Source of the DNA: the human T2T-CHM13v2.0 reference genome, Homo sapiens
Strand: one strand, 5' to 3'
NCBI RefSeq assembly: GCF_009914755.1
Contig: NC_060938.1
Length of the DNA: 64,000 bases
Shown in pieces: positions 13,352 to 29,754 of the stretch. The first letter of the stretch is position 1; every line of letters starts with the position of its first letter. The notes under the pieces are model-generated. The model was not told the origin of the DNA. It saw only the letters and a list, made by a program, of their open reading frames with translations, and did no database searches. A program made the position numbers and the translations under genes.

Positions 13352-16300
13352 TGAATGAAAAGGCACTACTTGCAAAAACTCAAAGTTCAACTTCTATGTC
13401 ATAATCAACAAAGTATGGTGTATCTTTGTAATAAAAAAATAAATCAACTAGATACTGAACGTCACCAACAGAGTGTAAGTGCCTTGAGGGGCAAGGGACT
13501 CTGTTTTCTCTTCTGCTCATAGCACATGGCACAGTGGTAATAAAAAATATTGATCACTTAACAGGAAAAAAAAAAAGTCTCCTTTTTATCCCTCTCTCAA
13601 GCTGGCATCTATTAACTCTACAGATCAGTCAGAGAAAAGTAGCCTCATCAACATTTTCCTCCTCCAAAGTTTTTAAGAGATTTTATTGTTTTCCTCTCTT
13701 TAGTGAGTACACCAAGTACCATAGTCTCATGGGTTTCGGTGGCTAAGTCTGCCAAAGTCTTATCCACGCCAAGAAATAACTTCTCTCGTTTTACTTTTTC
13801 AGAGGGGTGTGAAAGAAAACAATTGATTCTTCTCTCTACGAGAGTCTTTTTAAAACAAAGTAAGAGCTCTGAATTTGATGAACTCTCTGAGAAACAGAAT
13901 ATAGATTAAATGATTACTAACATATTTCCCTGCAGCACAAAGTTCTTTTTTGGAGATTAGCAATTTATTCCATTTATTACAACAGCCAAACCTGAAGTCT
14001 CTTTTCATTGGCTAGTCAAGTTCACCAACCCTTTCTGTTTTGAAATCCTCACTCCTTCCCAAAATAGTGTATCTTGTGCCTTTAATATTGAGGTTGAGGT
14101 GCAGGCAAAAGGTGTCCAGAAATTGTGAGACGTGACTGCATGTGAGTACTCAATCTTAAAAGGGTCGGGGCTGGAAAGGAAGCAAGCAGGTGAATTGCTA
14201 GCTCTTTCTGTGGGTATGTTCAACAGCACCTCACTTCTCTGCACTCAAAGACGTGAATCTGACTGGTTTCAAAGATTTGGCCCCCAAACAACCAGGCGTC
14301 CTTTTTAAGTTGGCATTGCTTCCAGAGAGGAATCCTGAACATGTTTCCTCTATGCCTCACACAGCGCCAGGCCAGCTGTCTAACAATATGGGTCCCGGAG
14401 GGGGTGCTGCCCACGTTGGTGACGGCAGCCATGAGTGCCTGTTGCTCGCAGCAGACGTCAGAGAGACCTCAGCGCAGGGGTCCAAGCACCTGGCCAAGGC
14501 ACCCTGCGCAGGCCTCCACGCCCCACGAGTGCCTGCAGAGGCTACCTGAGGACCAAGGTGGGCATGCCACGGTGTCCTGGACTTCTGGATGGAGGCCAGT
14601 CCCAGGGAGTGAATGGCAGAGCTCTCCGGAGGCTGCCCAGGCCAGGTTCAATGGGAGGGATGAACTTCATGACATCCGTTCCAAAGAAATCCCACCTGCT
14701 ACTGGCATGCCTAGGCTTGTCTTCCCCACATACCAGCCTCCCAGGCATGTCTCCAAGGGCTCAGTGAGGAGGCAGCTGCAACAGTTCGCTTTCTCTTAAT
14801 GATTTGGAGTTGGGAGGCACAGAGATGGGGAAGAGGTAATGACCATTCCCAGTGATCCTGGACCTCCGTGTTGGCTGCGACCTTGAAAAGTCATGCTGTC
14901 AACCCCTTTGTAGAAAAAATGCAGTTTTCTTTGTCCGTGGAAATCTGGCCTCGCAGATTTATTTGCTGTAGCAAGTTTCTTTACCCTCATCACACTGATA
15001 CTCAGAATTGAAACAGTTCAAACCTACCCTGAAACATCCTTCTCCCTCCAAATTCCAGTGACATCCTCGGTCTAAAACGCCTGGCACCATGTGGGAGCCT
15101 GGCTCCGCTGCCTCTCAACGCACTGGCTTGCTTTTTGCTTTTGAGTAGCTTGAATATCAAACCAAGCACAAAGGGAATCATACCCAGGAGTTGCTGGAAA
15201 AAGCTCATTTCATCCACCTCATTCCCCCATTCTCTCTGGCAGACACAACTGATTTTTTTTTTTTGAAGCCTGAAAAACTTCTCATTTAAACTTGGGGTGC
15301 AAAAGGCATGTGAAGTGGGAGAGTTGCTGCCTGGACCAGCGAAGGGTTAGCCAGGGAAGGATTCAATGAAATACAAAAGCCAACACAGACCTGAAGGGGA
15401 ACAGGCGGCCCCAGCAACAACTGCCAAACTGTCATTTTGCTCCGCGGCTGAACAGAAGGCTCGAGTAATGACAACCACAAAACTCATTTAAAGTCTGAAA
15501 AGGTGACTAATGAGCTCATTCATGCTGGCTATAAATTATTCACTACAACACTGATCCCACTCAAGACAAACAGTAAAGTAAACTTTAAACACAGACATCG
15601 CTGGCCTTCCAAAGTGGAACAAGTTATGCCTGTAAAAGTTTTCACAATGAGAGAGATACTTGTCTCCCCCTTGTCTATTGTCACATTCGTTCTTCTGTTT
15701 ACTTTTTTTTACTGCCTTTAATCAAGTTTAAGCAGACACAGCTGTTACACATTTATTTCTCTGAGTTTTTTTCCATTAGTTATTACAAGCAATCATGATG
15801 CTCTAAAAATAGCAGCAAATTATATTCTCTAGAAATTGAAGGCTGACCTTAAAATGAAGCCCAGGTCTTCAGAAAGAATATTCATATGCACATGTTGGAT
15901 AAATGACAACAATGCACAAAGGCAAAATAAAAGTACAAAGCTTTTTCCACTCTTTGAGAGGTTTTTGATTTGCTTCCAAATTTCCTTTGGTTCTGGTGGA
16001 AACAGGTTGCTTCAAAACCTTACCATACAGAACCTGCTTCCAGTGGTCATGATTCCAGTTTGAAGGATTTTCCTTCAAACTTACAATCTTAAGGCAATCA
16101 AAGAAGAAATGTTTCATTTAGGCTTTTTCAGCACAGATAAACACAGCAGCAGGTTGCTGAAAACCCACCACATTGCTGCAGACTACTTTCGGTTTCCTGT
16201 TTAATATTAAATAAAGAATTTTAGCTCTTCTGTTTTTATAAACTGTGCTATTTGCTACTACTGTCACTACTAAAAGCATTATGACTGGGTGGATAAGTAG

Positions 16301-16909
16301 TCCTATGATTTTCAAGCCTTCTTTTTTCTTTAATCTTAGTATCTATTTTGAAGACATCGCGAGAGTTAAGAGTCTCAAATCTGTTTAATTGATTTTTTTA
16401 TTTTTAAAAGGCCCAAATAAGTACTTCCGTTAGCTCTTAGATCTCTGAACATTATGTATTTTTAAACCACTTTGAATACTTTGAAAAGGGCCACAGAAAA
16501 CACTCATATTCAAATACCACCAGACGGAGGTTCTGCCTAACCAAAAGTAAAAGCAGAAAAGTTTAAAGCTGAATTGTGCCCTGCACACACCTTGAGATTG
16601 TAGGGGTGAAATGAATGGTCTTGGGCCGGGGATCTTGCTAAAGGCATGATAAATCATGCGTTGCAGGCAAATTAAGACCCAGGCTCTAACTTGAACCTCA
16701 GACTGTGCCAAACTCCACCTCCATTTAAGGAAAATGGTTTTCTCAGTTTCTTGCACATGACCTAAAGGCTTGTCCAGTCATTTCCGTTGTCTGAAATGCA
16801 AAGCAATCTTTCTTTTTTAAGTAGAGAAAGAAGAGTCCTGAAATATTTATAGGAAAGTGCTTCACTACCTACTGACAGCAATGTGGTTGGTCTCTACGTG
16901 TTTAGCACA

Positions 16910-17230
16910 TTTTTTTTTGTTTGCTTGTTTCTTTGAGACAGAGTCTCTCTCTCTCTCCCAGGCTGGATGGAGTGCAGTGTTGTGATTTCAGCTCACTGCA
17001 ACTTCTTCAGCTTCACTTGAACCGGGTTCAAGTGATTCTCCTGCCTTAGCCTCCCAAGTAACTGGGATGACAGGCGCCCACCACCACACCCGGCTAATTT
17101 TTGTATTTTTGGTAGAGACAGGGTTTCACCATGTTGGCCAGGCCGGTCTTGAACTCCTGACCTCAGGTGATCCACCCGCCTCGGCCTCCCAAAGTGCTGG
17201 GATTACAGGCATGGGCCACTGCGCCTGGCC
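16910..17230 (-). mobile_element. Alu (AluSx-like)
   Basis: Full antisense Alu. Confidence 0.93.
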
Positions 17231-17440
17231 AGCATGTTTTTTATCCATGTTTCTGTAGCTAGTCAAAAGCCATTCTTTTGACCCTCTGTGCAAGAGTTCT
17301 TGCAGCTGTTTGTTTTTGTTTTTTTATTTTGTTTCGATACGTTTTATTTTTTTAGAGCAGTTTAAGGTTCACAGCAAACTTGAGTGGGAGGTACAGAGAT
17401 TTTTCATTATCCTCTGCCCCAACACAAGCATAGTGCTGTG

Positions 17441-17771
<331 letters not shown>

Positions 17772-18556
17772 TAAAAACCCAATTCCAACCAAAGAAATAG
17801 GAAAATCATAAAGAACATCGCATTGCAGTCTCTGCTGCTCCACAACTCGCCACTAACTGGATCCCTGTCACCTCTCTGTGGAAGGGTATAAAGGAAATAT
17901 TGGTTTGAAACTAAGCCAAATGTCCCATCTTTTCCTAGCAATGTGTCTTGCAGGCAGACTCCACCTCTCCATTTATGGGTGGGAGACCTGGAATGTCCAG
18001 TGACGGCCCTAACACCACCCTGCTCCTAATTTTCCTAGGAAGGACCAAAGGTGATGTCAATTTTGCCTTGAGGACATTCAAGGCGCTTGAACAACAGGAG
18101 TCAAAACAATGAACACCAAGTACCCAATGACTGCGATCCAAAGGATTATAAAACATGCATAACAACAAAAGCTTCCTGCAGGCCAGGCACCGTGCCAAGA
18201 GCTTTACCTGCATTATTTATTCCATCTTTCCACCACCCTTACAGGATAGGTGCTGTCATCCTCATTTACAGATGAGGACACCAAGGCTTCAAGAAGCTCA
18301 CTCATTTGCCAGAAGTGAAATGCAAACTTAAAGATCCCCATGTCCCTCTGGCCTGCACAGCCCCACCGCCTTGACCACTGCTCTCACCTGTCTATTGCTA
18401 TTCTCCAAGATCTCATTTCCAAGATCACAGAATGTAACTTTCTGCTGGTCATCTCTACCTCTTAGGCTTCTTCTTCACAGTTTTGGGGTTTTTGGGAGGG
18501 AGTTTTTGTTTTGTTTTGTGGCATTGGTTTGGTTTGAGTTTTGCATAGCATTCTTC

Positions 18557-18702
18557 ATTTTCTTTTTCTTTATTTAGAGATGGGGCAGAGGGGTCTCACT
18601 ATATTGCCCAGGTCGGTCTCAAACTCCTGGGCTCAAGCGATTCTCCTGCCTTGACCTCCCAAACTCCTGGGATTACAGGCGTGAGCCAACGAGCACCTGG
18701 CC
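18557..18702 (-). mobile_element. Alu monomer (FLAM-like)
   Basis: Single antisense left-arm-type monomer. Confidence 0.85.
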
Positions 18703-18792
18703 TGCATAGCATTTTTCAAGGGCTACTAATCATAGTCACCCTTTCTACCCTCACCATTACCTACAAATGCTCACATAGAAACAGACACATTT

Positions 18793-19552
18793 GGCTGGGC
18801 ACAGTGGCTCACACCTGTAATCCTTTGGGAGGCCGAGGCGGGGTGAGTCACCTGAGGTCAGGAGTTTGAGACCAGCCTGGCCAACATGGCGAAACCCTGT
18901 CTCTACTAAAAATACAAAAATTGCTGGGCACGGTGGCTCACACCTGTAATCCCAGCACTTTGGGAGGCCAAGGTGGGCAGATCACAACGTCAGGAGTTCA
19001 AGACCAACCTGGCCAATCTGGTGAAACCCCATCTCTTCTAAAAATACAAAAATTAGTTGGGCGTGGTGGTGCGGGCTTGTAGTCCCAGCTACTCGGTAGA
19101 CTGAGGCAGAAGAATCGCTTGAACTCAGGAGGCTGAGGTTGCAGTTAGCCGAGATCGTGCCACTGCACTCCAGCCTGGGCGACTAAGCGAGACTCCATCT
19201 CAAACAAACAAACAAACAAATAAATACATAATACAAAAATTAGGCTGGGCGCGGTGGCTCACGCCTATAATCCGAGCACTTCAGGAGGTTAAGGCAGGCA
19301 GATCACGAGGTCAGGAGTTCGTGACCAGCCTGGCCAACACGATGAAACTCTGTCTCTACTAAAAATACAAAAAATTAGCCAGGCGTGGTGGCAGGCGCCT
19401 GTAATCCCAGCTATTCAGGAGGCTGAGGCAGTAGAATCGCTTGAATCCAGGAGGCAAGGTGGCGGAGGTTGCAGTGAGCTGAGATCACGCCACTTCACTC
19501 CAGCCTGGGTGAAAGAGCGAAACTCTGTCTCCAAAAAAAAAAAAAGAAAAGA
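18793..19552 (+). mobile_element. Composite sense Alu cluster: left arm + nested full Alu (18923-19229) + full Alu (19243-19552)
   Basis: Outer TSD agaaacagacaYatt; inner TSD aatacaaaaatt. Confidence 0.9.
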
Positions 19553-19642
19553 AACAGACATATTCATTAAATGGACAAACGTCTAAAAATACTGAAATAT
19601 CCAGGGCAATGGTCACACACCAGTACTGTGCTTTTATCAGAA

Positions 19643-20248
<606 letters not shown>

Positions 20249-20818
20249 TTATCAGAATCTTAAAACACAAAGGTTTTTTAAGAAGCTCATGATCACTCCA
20301 GAGCACAGGCCTGGAACTCCAAGTCCATCTCCATCTCCCATCTGAACCCTTGGGAAGAACAAGCAGCTGTAGAGGTACCCATTTTCAACTCACAGAATAA
20401 TCTCCTTTTTCTCCAATCCTCACCCTATTGCCTGCTCCCAAACCACCAAATAAACCTTCTTTGAATGTCCTACTACCACAAGGACAAAAATCTGATGGAT
20501 TCTCTTGAAGGTAATGCTTCCAAAGCACAGATATTTGACAAGAAACCATTTTCAAACTATGTATCTTGTTCTTTGCACTCCGGTAGTTATTGTCTGCCAG
20601 TTTAGAAACACCATTGACCCCCACACCAGAACTACTTTCCAAAAGCTGTATTACAGAGAATTATTATAGTTACAGGTACAGATCAACCTTAGTCAATTCT
20701 GTATAAACGTTCAACAATTAGCCAAGCACAATTTGAATACACTGTACTGCTAATCAGATTAACTTTCCCCCATATATCCTAGACAAGAGGGTAAAACTCT
20801 CTTACTAAGGCAGCCTGG

Positions 20819-21110
20819 GGCCAGACACAGTGGCTTATGACTACAATCCCAATACTTTGGGAGGCTGCGGAGGGGAGGATTGCTTGAACCCAGGAGTTAG
20901 AAGCCAGCCTGGGCAACACTGCAAGACCTCATCTCTACAGAAAAAATTTTTGTAATTAGCTGGGCGGTGCACACCTGCTACTCATGAGGCTGAAGCAGGA
21001 GGATCACTAGGGCCTGCGAGGTCAAGCCTTCACTGAGCTATGATTGTGCCACTGCACTCCAGCCTGGGTGACACAGAAAGACCCTGTCTCTTAAAAAAAA
21101 AAAAAAAAAA
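20819..21110 (+). mobile_element. Alu (AluJ-like)
   Basis: Diverged sense Alu with poly(A). Confidence 0.9.
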
Positions 21111-21717
21111 TGGCAGCCCAATACCCCCACAGGCCCTCAGAGCCTTCACCCAAGCTGTATACATGAGAGACAGAGAAGAAGCATACTCCCTTAACTCACT
21201 GCCATCTTCCACACCCACGTCATCTCCACGTCCATGGCGCTCCCAGATAGACTGTGGTACGACAGCCAAAGCATTCGTTCCCTCACAAACCACCCCAGAT
21301 GCTTCCTTGAAAGCTCCCCTGGTGCCACTACTAGAATCTCATCTCGAGACCAGCCAACAGCTCCGTAAAAAGGGGATGAAGTAGAAAGCTGAGGTCTGTG
21401 GTTTCATTCTTGAGAAACCCTCAGCTATCCACAGGGATCTGATTCCACTGCCATTTAGAGTGACTCTGGCTTCTGCCAACACCAGCTCCCTTTGAATCCA
21501 AATTAAACCTCTCACAGATTTCCTGTGACACCAGCCTTACAGCAAAGCCTCCCAATGGCTACAGTCATGCAAACAAGCCCTGCCCAGACCTTCCTGGATC
21601 TCCTCTGAATGAACAACCAAGTTGCCTTGGCTGTTCAGAAGATAACACTGACTAAAGGCACAGCAGGTTTTACGTACTCCATTTCCTAGGGCTCCTCCCT
21701 CACATCCTTCATCACTC

Positions 21718-21860
21718 ATTTTTCTTTATTATTTTTTTTTTTCAGAGATAGGGTCTTGCTATGTTGCCCAGGCTGGTCTCAAACTCCTGGGCTCAAGCGA
21801 TCCTCCTGCCTCGGCCTCCCAAAATGCTGAGATCACAGGAGTGTGCCACCGCGCCCGGCC
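21718..21860 (-). mobile_element. Alu monomer (FLAM_C-like)
   Basis: Antisense monomer. Confidence 0.85.
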
Positions 21861-22576
21861 TGTAGATCAAAATCTACAACTCATGGGTAGGAAGAAAGTT
21901 ACCAATGCTGACTGCCCTGACTTATCATTATAATCTAAACAGAGCTATTTATTTACTAATTACATTCTTGGTTTTATAGCCCTGGCCAGAAAAGGTTTGT
22001 TTATTCATTAAAAAAAAAAAAAAAAAAAAAGTTAATTTATAAAGAAAATAAAATCTACAAGGTTAGCCTTAGGAAGACTTTTGGTCATGGTGTCATGCCA
22101 GCCCCTAATTTAATGAAGCAACTGTGACCTAGAAAACAAAGTGACGTAGGGTCACATGTTAGGGTGCACATTTGTGGTTTCCTCTCCAGTATCTATTTTT
22201 CTTCTCTCCCTTTCCCAGAGTCCCCCAAGTTTCCACCCTTGTGGTCTGGGCGGGACTGACCCCATCGTCTGCGCCAGAGGCATGGGGTTCGTCGAATGGG
22301 CAGCCGCAGCTTAGGACTCAGTGCACAAATCAACAAGATCCCCCTGTTGTTTAGACAGCCTGAGCTGGCTTTTCGGTCACTTACAATCAAAACATCCAAC
22401 AGATACCCATGGAGAGTTAGTGGTGGATCCAGTTTCTTGACTTCCTGTTCACAAAGTAAAGCCTTTAACATTAAACAACAAAGAAAGCCATAGTTTGACA
22501 AGTTTAGAGGCCAGATTTGATAGGAATAAACAGATTTGGGAGAAAAGTACCAAATTATACATTATCACTGAACTTA

Positions 22577-22925
<349 letters not shown>

Positions 22926-23197
22926 CAGTATGGCTTAATGTCTAAATGTGGTCATGTTAATAGAGTATTGTTGATGAATGGAGAATTCATGAGTGGAGAT
23001 TAACTGTAGGGAATCCATGGTTAATGAAGGAGAACAACTCTGTCTAGAACCTGAGGCAAAACATGACACCCGCTGAGCTCTCTGACCTTAACCTGAACCT
23101 GGGCCCATTTCTACCTCCAAGGGGGACAAATATCTCAACCTTACATCCCCAAGTGCCACTCCAAGATCAGGTGCTGATGGACAGATGATGGTGGTCA

Positions 23198-23614
23198 TGT
23201 CAGAGGCGTGTGAACCAGGGCAACTCCATCTTGAATACGAGCTGTGTAAAATGAGGCTGAGACCTACTGGGCTGCATTCCCAGACAGTTAAGGCATTGAC
23301 TGCTATACTCCCACCAGTGCCATGAGAGTTTACAAATGCCATGGCAACATCAGGAAGTTACCATGTATGATCTAAGAAGGGGAGGCATGAATAATCCACA
23401 CCTTGTTTAGCATATCATCAAGAAATAACCATAAAAATAGGCAACCAGCAGCCATCAGGGCTGCTCTGTCTATGGAATAGCCATTCTTTTATTCCTTTGC
23501 TTTCCTAATAAAGCTGCTTTCACATTACTGTAGGAACCCAACCTGAATTCTTTCTTGTGCAAGATCCAAGGACCCTCTCTTGGGGGTCAGGACTAGAACC
23601 CTTTATCTGCAACA
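23198..23614 (+). mobile_element. MER41A-like ERV1 solo LTR with internal deletion
   Basis: TGTCAGAGGC...AACA termini; 4-bp TSD GTCA (23194-23197, 23615-23618); lacks a segment present in the 24947 copy. Confidence 0.88.
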
Positions 23615-23900
23615 GTCATAATGGCTAAGTTTATTGAGTGGTTACTACATGACAGACAATGAGCTAGGGTTTTATCTGCTTTATGTCACAGAAGGCTCCC
23701 AACAATCAAGGTGAAGTTGGTTGATCAAAGTAGATGGTTAACAAATGATAATGAATGAACGACTGCTGTACAGATTTAACTAAGATTATATTTAGCATGC
23801 ATAAGAACACATTCTTTAATAATTCCAAAATTAGAAAATTAAAGTGTCAATAAAAATCATACAAATATAATTTAGTTAATGTTTATTGAGAACTGACTTA

Positions 23901-24864
<964 letters not shown>

Positions 24865-24946
24865 TGTGTGCCTTCTATATGCTGGGCTCATAGCTTTACA
24901 CAGACTAGCTCCTCTAGCTCTGCCAATAGCTCTTTGAGGTAGGTAC

Positions 24947-25799
<853 letters not shown>

Positions 25800-26087
25800 G
25801 TGCTATTATCCCCATATTACCTAGGGGGTACCTGGGCCTCAAGCAGGTTAAAATGACCTGCCATGGTTATCCAGCTAAGAGGCAGACTTGGCACTACTCC
25901 CACCAGTGCTGCTTCTTGGCCTGCCTACCCCTACTAAGGCAAGAAAAGGAAAAGACCACCCCTTCTCTGATCTAGGGGTGCTTTCCTGGCCTCTGGCTGC
26001 AGCAGCAGCCTCCTGGTAACCTTTATAGGCCTTGGGGATACCAGAATATCTCAAACGCATGGAGCAGAGAGACCCCTATTTCAGTAC

Positions 26088-26527
26088 TGTCAGGCCTCTG
26101 AGCCCAAGCCAAGCCATCGCATCCCCTGTGACTTGCACGTATAGGCCCAGATGGCCTGAAGTAACTGAAGAATCACAAAAGAAGTGAATATGCCCTGCCC
26201 CACCTTAACTGATGACATTCCACCACAGAAGAAGTGTAAATGGCCGGTTCTTGCCTTAAGTGATGACATTACCTTGTGAAAGTCCTTTTCCTGGCTCAAA
26301 AAGCACCCCCACTGAGCACCTTGCGACCCCGACTCCTGCCCGCCAGAGAACAAACGCCCTTTGACTGTAATTTTCCTTTACCTACCCAAATCCTATAAAA
26401 CGGCCCCACCCTTATCTCCCTTCGCTGACTCTTTTCGGACTCAGCCCACCTGCACCCAGGTGAAATAAACAGCCTTGTTGCTCACACAAAGCCTGTTTGG
26501 TGGTCTCTTCACACAGATGCCATGAAA
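26088..26527 (+). mobile_element. HERV-H solo LTR (LTR7 family)
   Basis: TGTCAGGCCTCTGAGCCCAAGCC...CATGAAA; TATAAAA 26394, AATAAA 26464; 5-bp TSD AGTAC (26083-26087, 26528-26532). Confidence 0.95.
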
Positions 26528-27593
26528 AGTACACTGCAAAGCAGTGCGTTCAACCCCTGTCAACCTGTCAATGGGCAACAGTGGGACTCTGCAGTGGGTT
26601 AGTAATAGGCTCTTTTCTTTGATGTTATTTATGGTTTCAGGTGATGCTAACTAGGCTGTAGCAAGGCAGACATGATGGCAATGGTGGGTTCACGTGTCCA
26701 AGCCATGAAGAGGGGCTGGATGCTGACCTCTTTAGGAGAGAGGATGGGCACAGGTCTGAATGCACAAAAGGAACCCCTGAATTAAGTATGAGAAAGTGGC
26801 CGAGGCTCCGGCTTCCCTTCCTCCCCAACCCTGCCCTTCCCCAAAGTCTTATCTCTCAGCCTTCAGGCCAACTCCCCCAGAGGCCTTTGCACTGTCCCAA
26901 CCTGCTGGGCCCTTTCCCTCCTCCCTGCCTCGATTCAGAATAACAACAACAACTGCATCTGCATAATGCTTTGAGACTGAAGAACTCCCCAACGACTCCA
27001 TTCACTAACACCAGTCTCTCCTGGAAAACCCTCCTCCCAATTACCTGAACCCTATGTAACCCATCCTCCCTGCAGAGACCTGAACCTGCTAAATTTTTCA
27101 TACCATTCACCTTACGTTAAAAAGGATGAAACTGAAAGGTGATTTGTGATTTACCTTCTTGGGGCAGTAATAAGCCGGGGCAAGAGGAACACAGGGAACC
27201 AACGGAACACATTGCCTTTATCTTATACTGTTAAAATAGCCTCGCTGATCATTACAGGCGCTCTTAATCACTTTTAGGGTCTAGGCTCTGCCCCAGACAC
27301 CCTACTAGCTGGAACAGAAAGGGCATCATCCTTCCGCAGGGTTGGACCAAGGGCTACCAGATTGGGGTATGGATATGCAAAGTCCCCAAGAAAGAGACAG
27401 AAAGAGCTCAGGTCCAAACCTGCCAAGTGGAATGCATTAACATATCTATGAAATAAAGCGTCCTCTTGAAAGGAGGGAGGGGGGTGGAAGTAGGCAGGAA
27501 GTTGGGATCCTGGAGGGTCCCTATGGATTCCACACAGGTGACAGCTCTTCCAAGCCCCACCCAGCACACTGGCAGCATTAACCCTGGCCTTGA

Positions 27594-28061
<468 letters not shown>

Positions 28062-28444
28062 TAATGCACAGGCTTTCTGATTTGCTACACCTGTGTCTGA
28101 ACTTAGTTAACAGGTTCAATCTTGGGAAACAGGTCTGCTCTCTCGGCTGAAGACAGTGCATGGCAGTGAATGTCACATGCTGAGGTCTCCTATAACTGCA
28201 CCCAGCGCTGCCACTGGCCAAAATGACTCCTATCTTCTGAGCAAGCTAAACAGGCACAGTCTGCCCAGCAGCTAGTAAGCCTTAGAAATCTTTGCCAAGT
28301 GAGAGACTGATGGATGTGCTCTGGGAAACAACGGATCCCTGAGTTGTATGCAGTGTGTCCCCAACATGTCTCCCTTGTGACCACAGCCCATGTCCATGGC
28401 CCACGGGATGACTGGCTGTCTACTGCTTGAAGATCTACAACTTC

Positions 28445-28513
28445 CCAGTTTTACCCCAACCAGCCAGTCTTCACTCCAACCAGCCAGTATTTACTCCAAC
28501 CAGCCAGTCTTTC
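28445..28513. repeat. 20-bp minisatellite, ~3.5 copies (ACYCCAACCAGCCAGTMTTY)
   Basis: Period 20 read directly. Confidence 0.9.
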
Positions 28514-28589
28514 CCAGCCATGGATGTAATTTACACATTAGCCTACACCCAACTGGAGGGCCTGCTCAGTGTTCAAACCGAAATGGTGA

Positions 28590-28711
28590 ATGGTCTTAGG
28601 TGCTTTCACACTACAGTGCCAGAATACTACAGTTGCAACAGAGACCATATAGCCTGCAAGCCTGAACTATTTATTCTCTGGCCCTTTACAGAAAAGGTTT
28701 GCCAACACCTG
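28590..28711. mobile_element. MER58A-like fragment
   Basis: gttgcaacagagaccatat...ggccctttacagaaaaggtttgccaacacctg. Confidence 0.7.
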
Positions 28712-29402
28712 CTCTAAAGGAGAGAGGATAACAATAGCAGAAGGAAACTTGGGTTCAAGTGCTGTTTCTGCCAATGGCTCAGCAAATTGCAAATAAGCAA
28801 AATGGAGCCCAGCAAGTAAAATACTGGTGAGGTCATGCCAGTATTTTCATCTCTCTGCTTCCATTTCATTCATAAAACAGGACTAGTCATGAGTGGTAAC
28901 TGCATGACAAATAATTAGCTAATACCACAGAATATGCATTTTAAACGTGCAACAGGGAAAACTGGCTATTTGTTTTCTGAAGGGAAAGAGGTCCTCCCTT
29001 GGTATAGCCATATTTTATGGCTGGCACAAAAAGTGTTCCTTTTTAGCCAGCTGTACTGTGCATATTGTTTTCATTGGTGTTTATGGAGCCCCTGGGACAG
29101 GCAGGGCACTGAGCTGGTTGTAGCCCTCCAGGACATGGGACTTCAGTTAAAGACAATATGTGATAAGGGAAACTGAGCTCATCACCACAGGCTGAGATAT
29201 TCAAGGAATGTTTTGGTTTTTCAAAAAAGGAAAAATACAAATAGTGCCTGGGAGGAAGGGCAGAACTTCAGAGAAAGGAAAGGGGAGGGGAGAATATTCT
29301 ACCGTGTTCTTTACTGGCAGGCACAGTAAAACAAAAGCTCAAAGTGAGGAAACCTAAGAGCAGATTCAGAGAACCAAGAAATGGACCAATTCATCTGAGT
29401 AG

Positions 29403-29754
<352 letters not shown>

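Noticed and set aside
14253-14799. GC-richer patch with 98-152 aa ORFs
   Set aside because: No recognisable protein, no clear exon boundaries, no poly(A)/TSD for a retrocopy; a translated search would settle it.
22005-22030. ATTAAA running into poly(A), suggesting a retrocopy tail
   Set aside because: No TSD or recognisable mRNA upstream; treated as a simple A tract.
28445-28513. Regularly spaced repeat as a CRISPR-like array
   Set aside because: No unique spacers and a eukaryotic context; an ordinary minisatellite.
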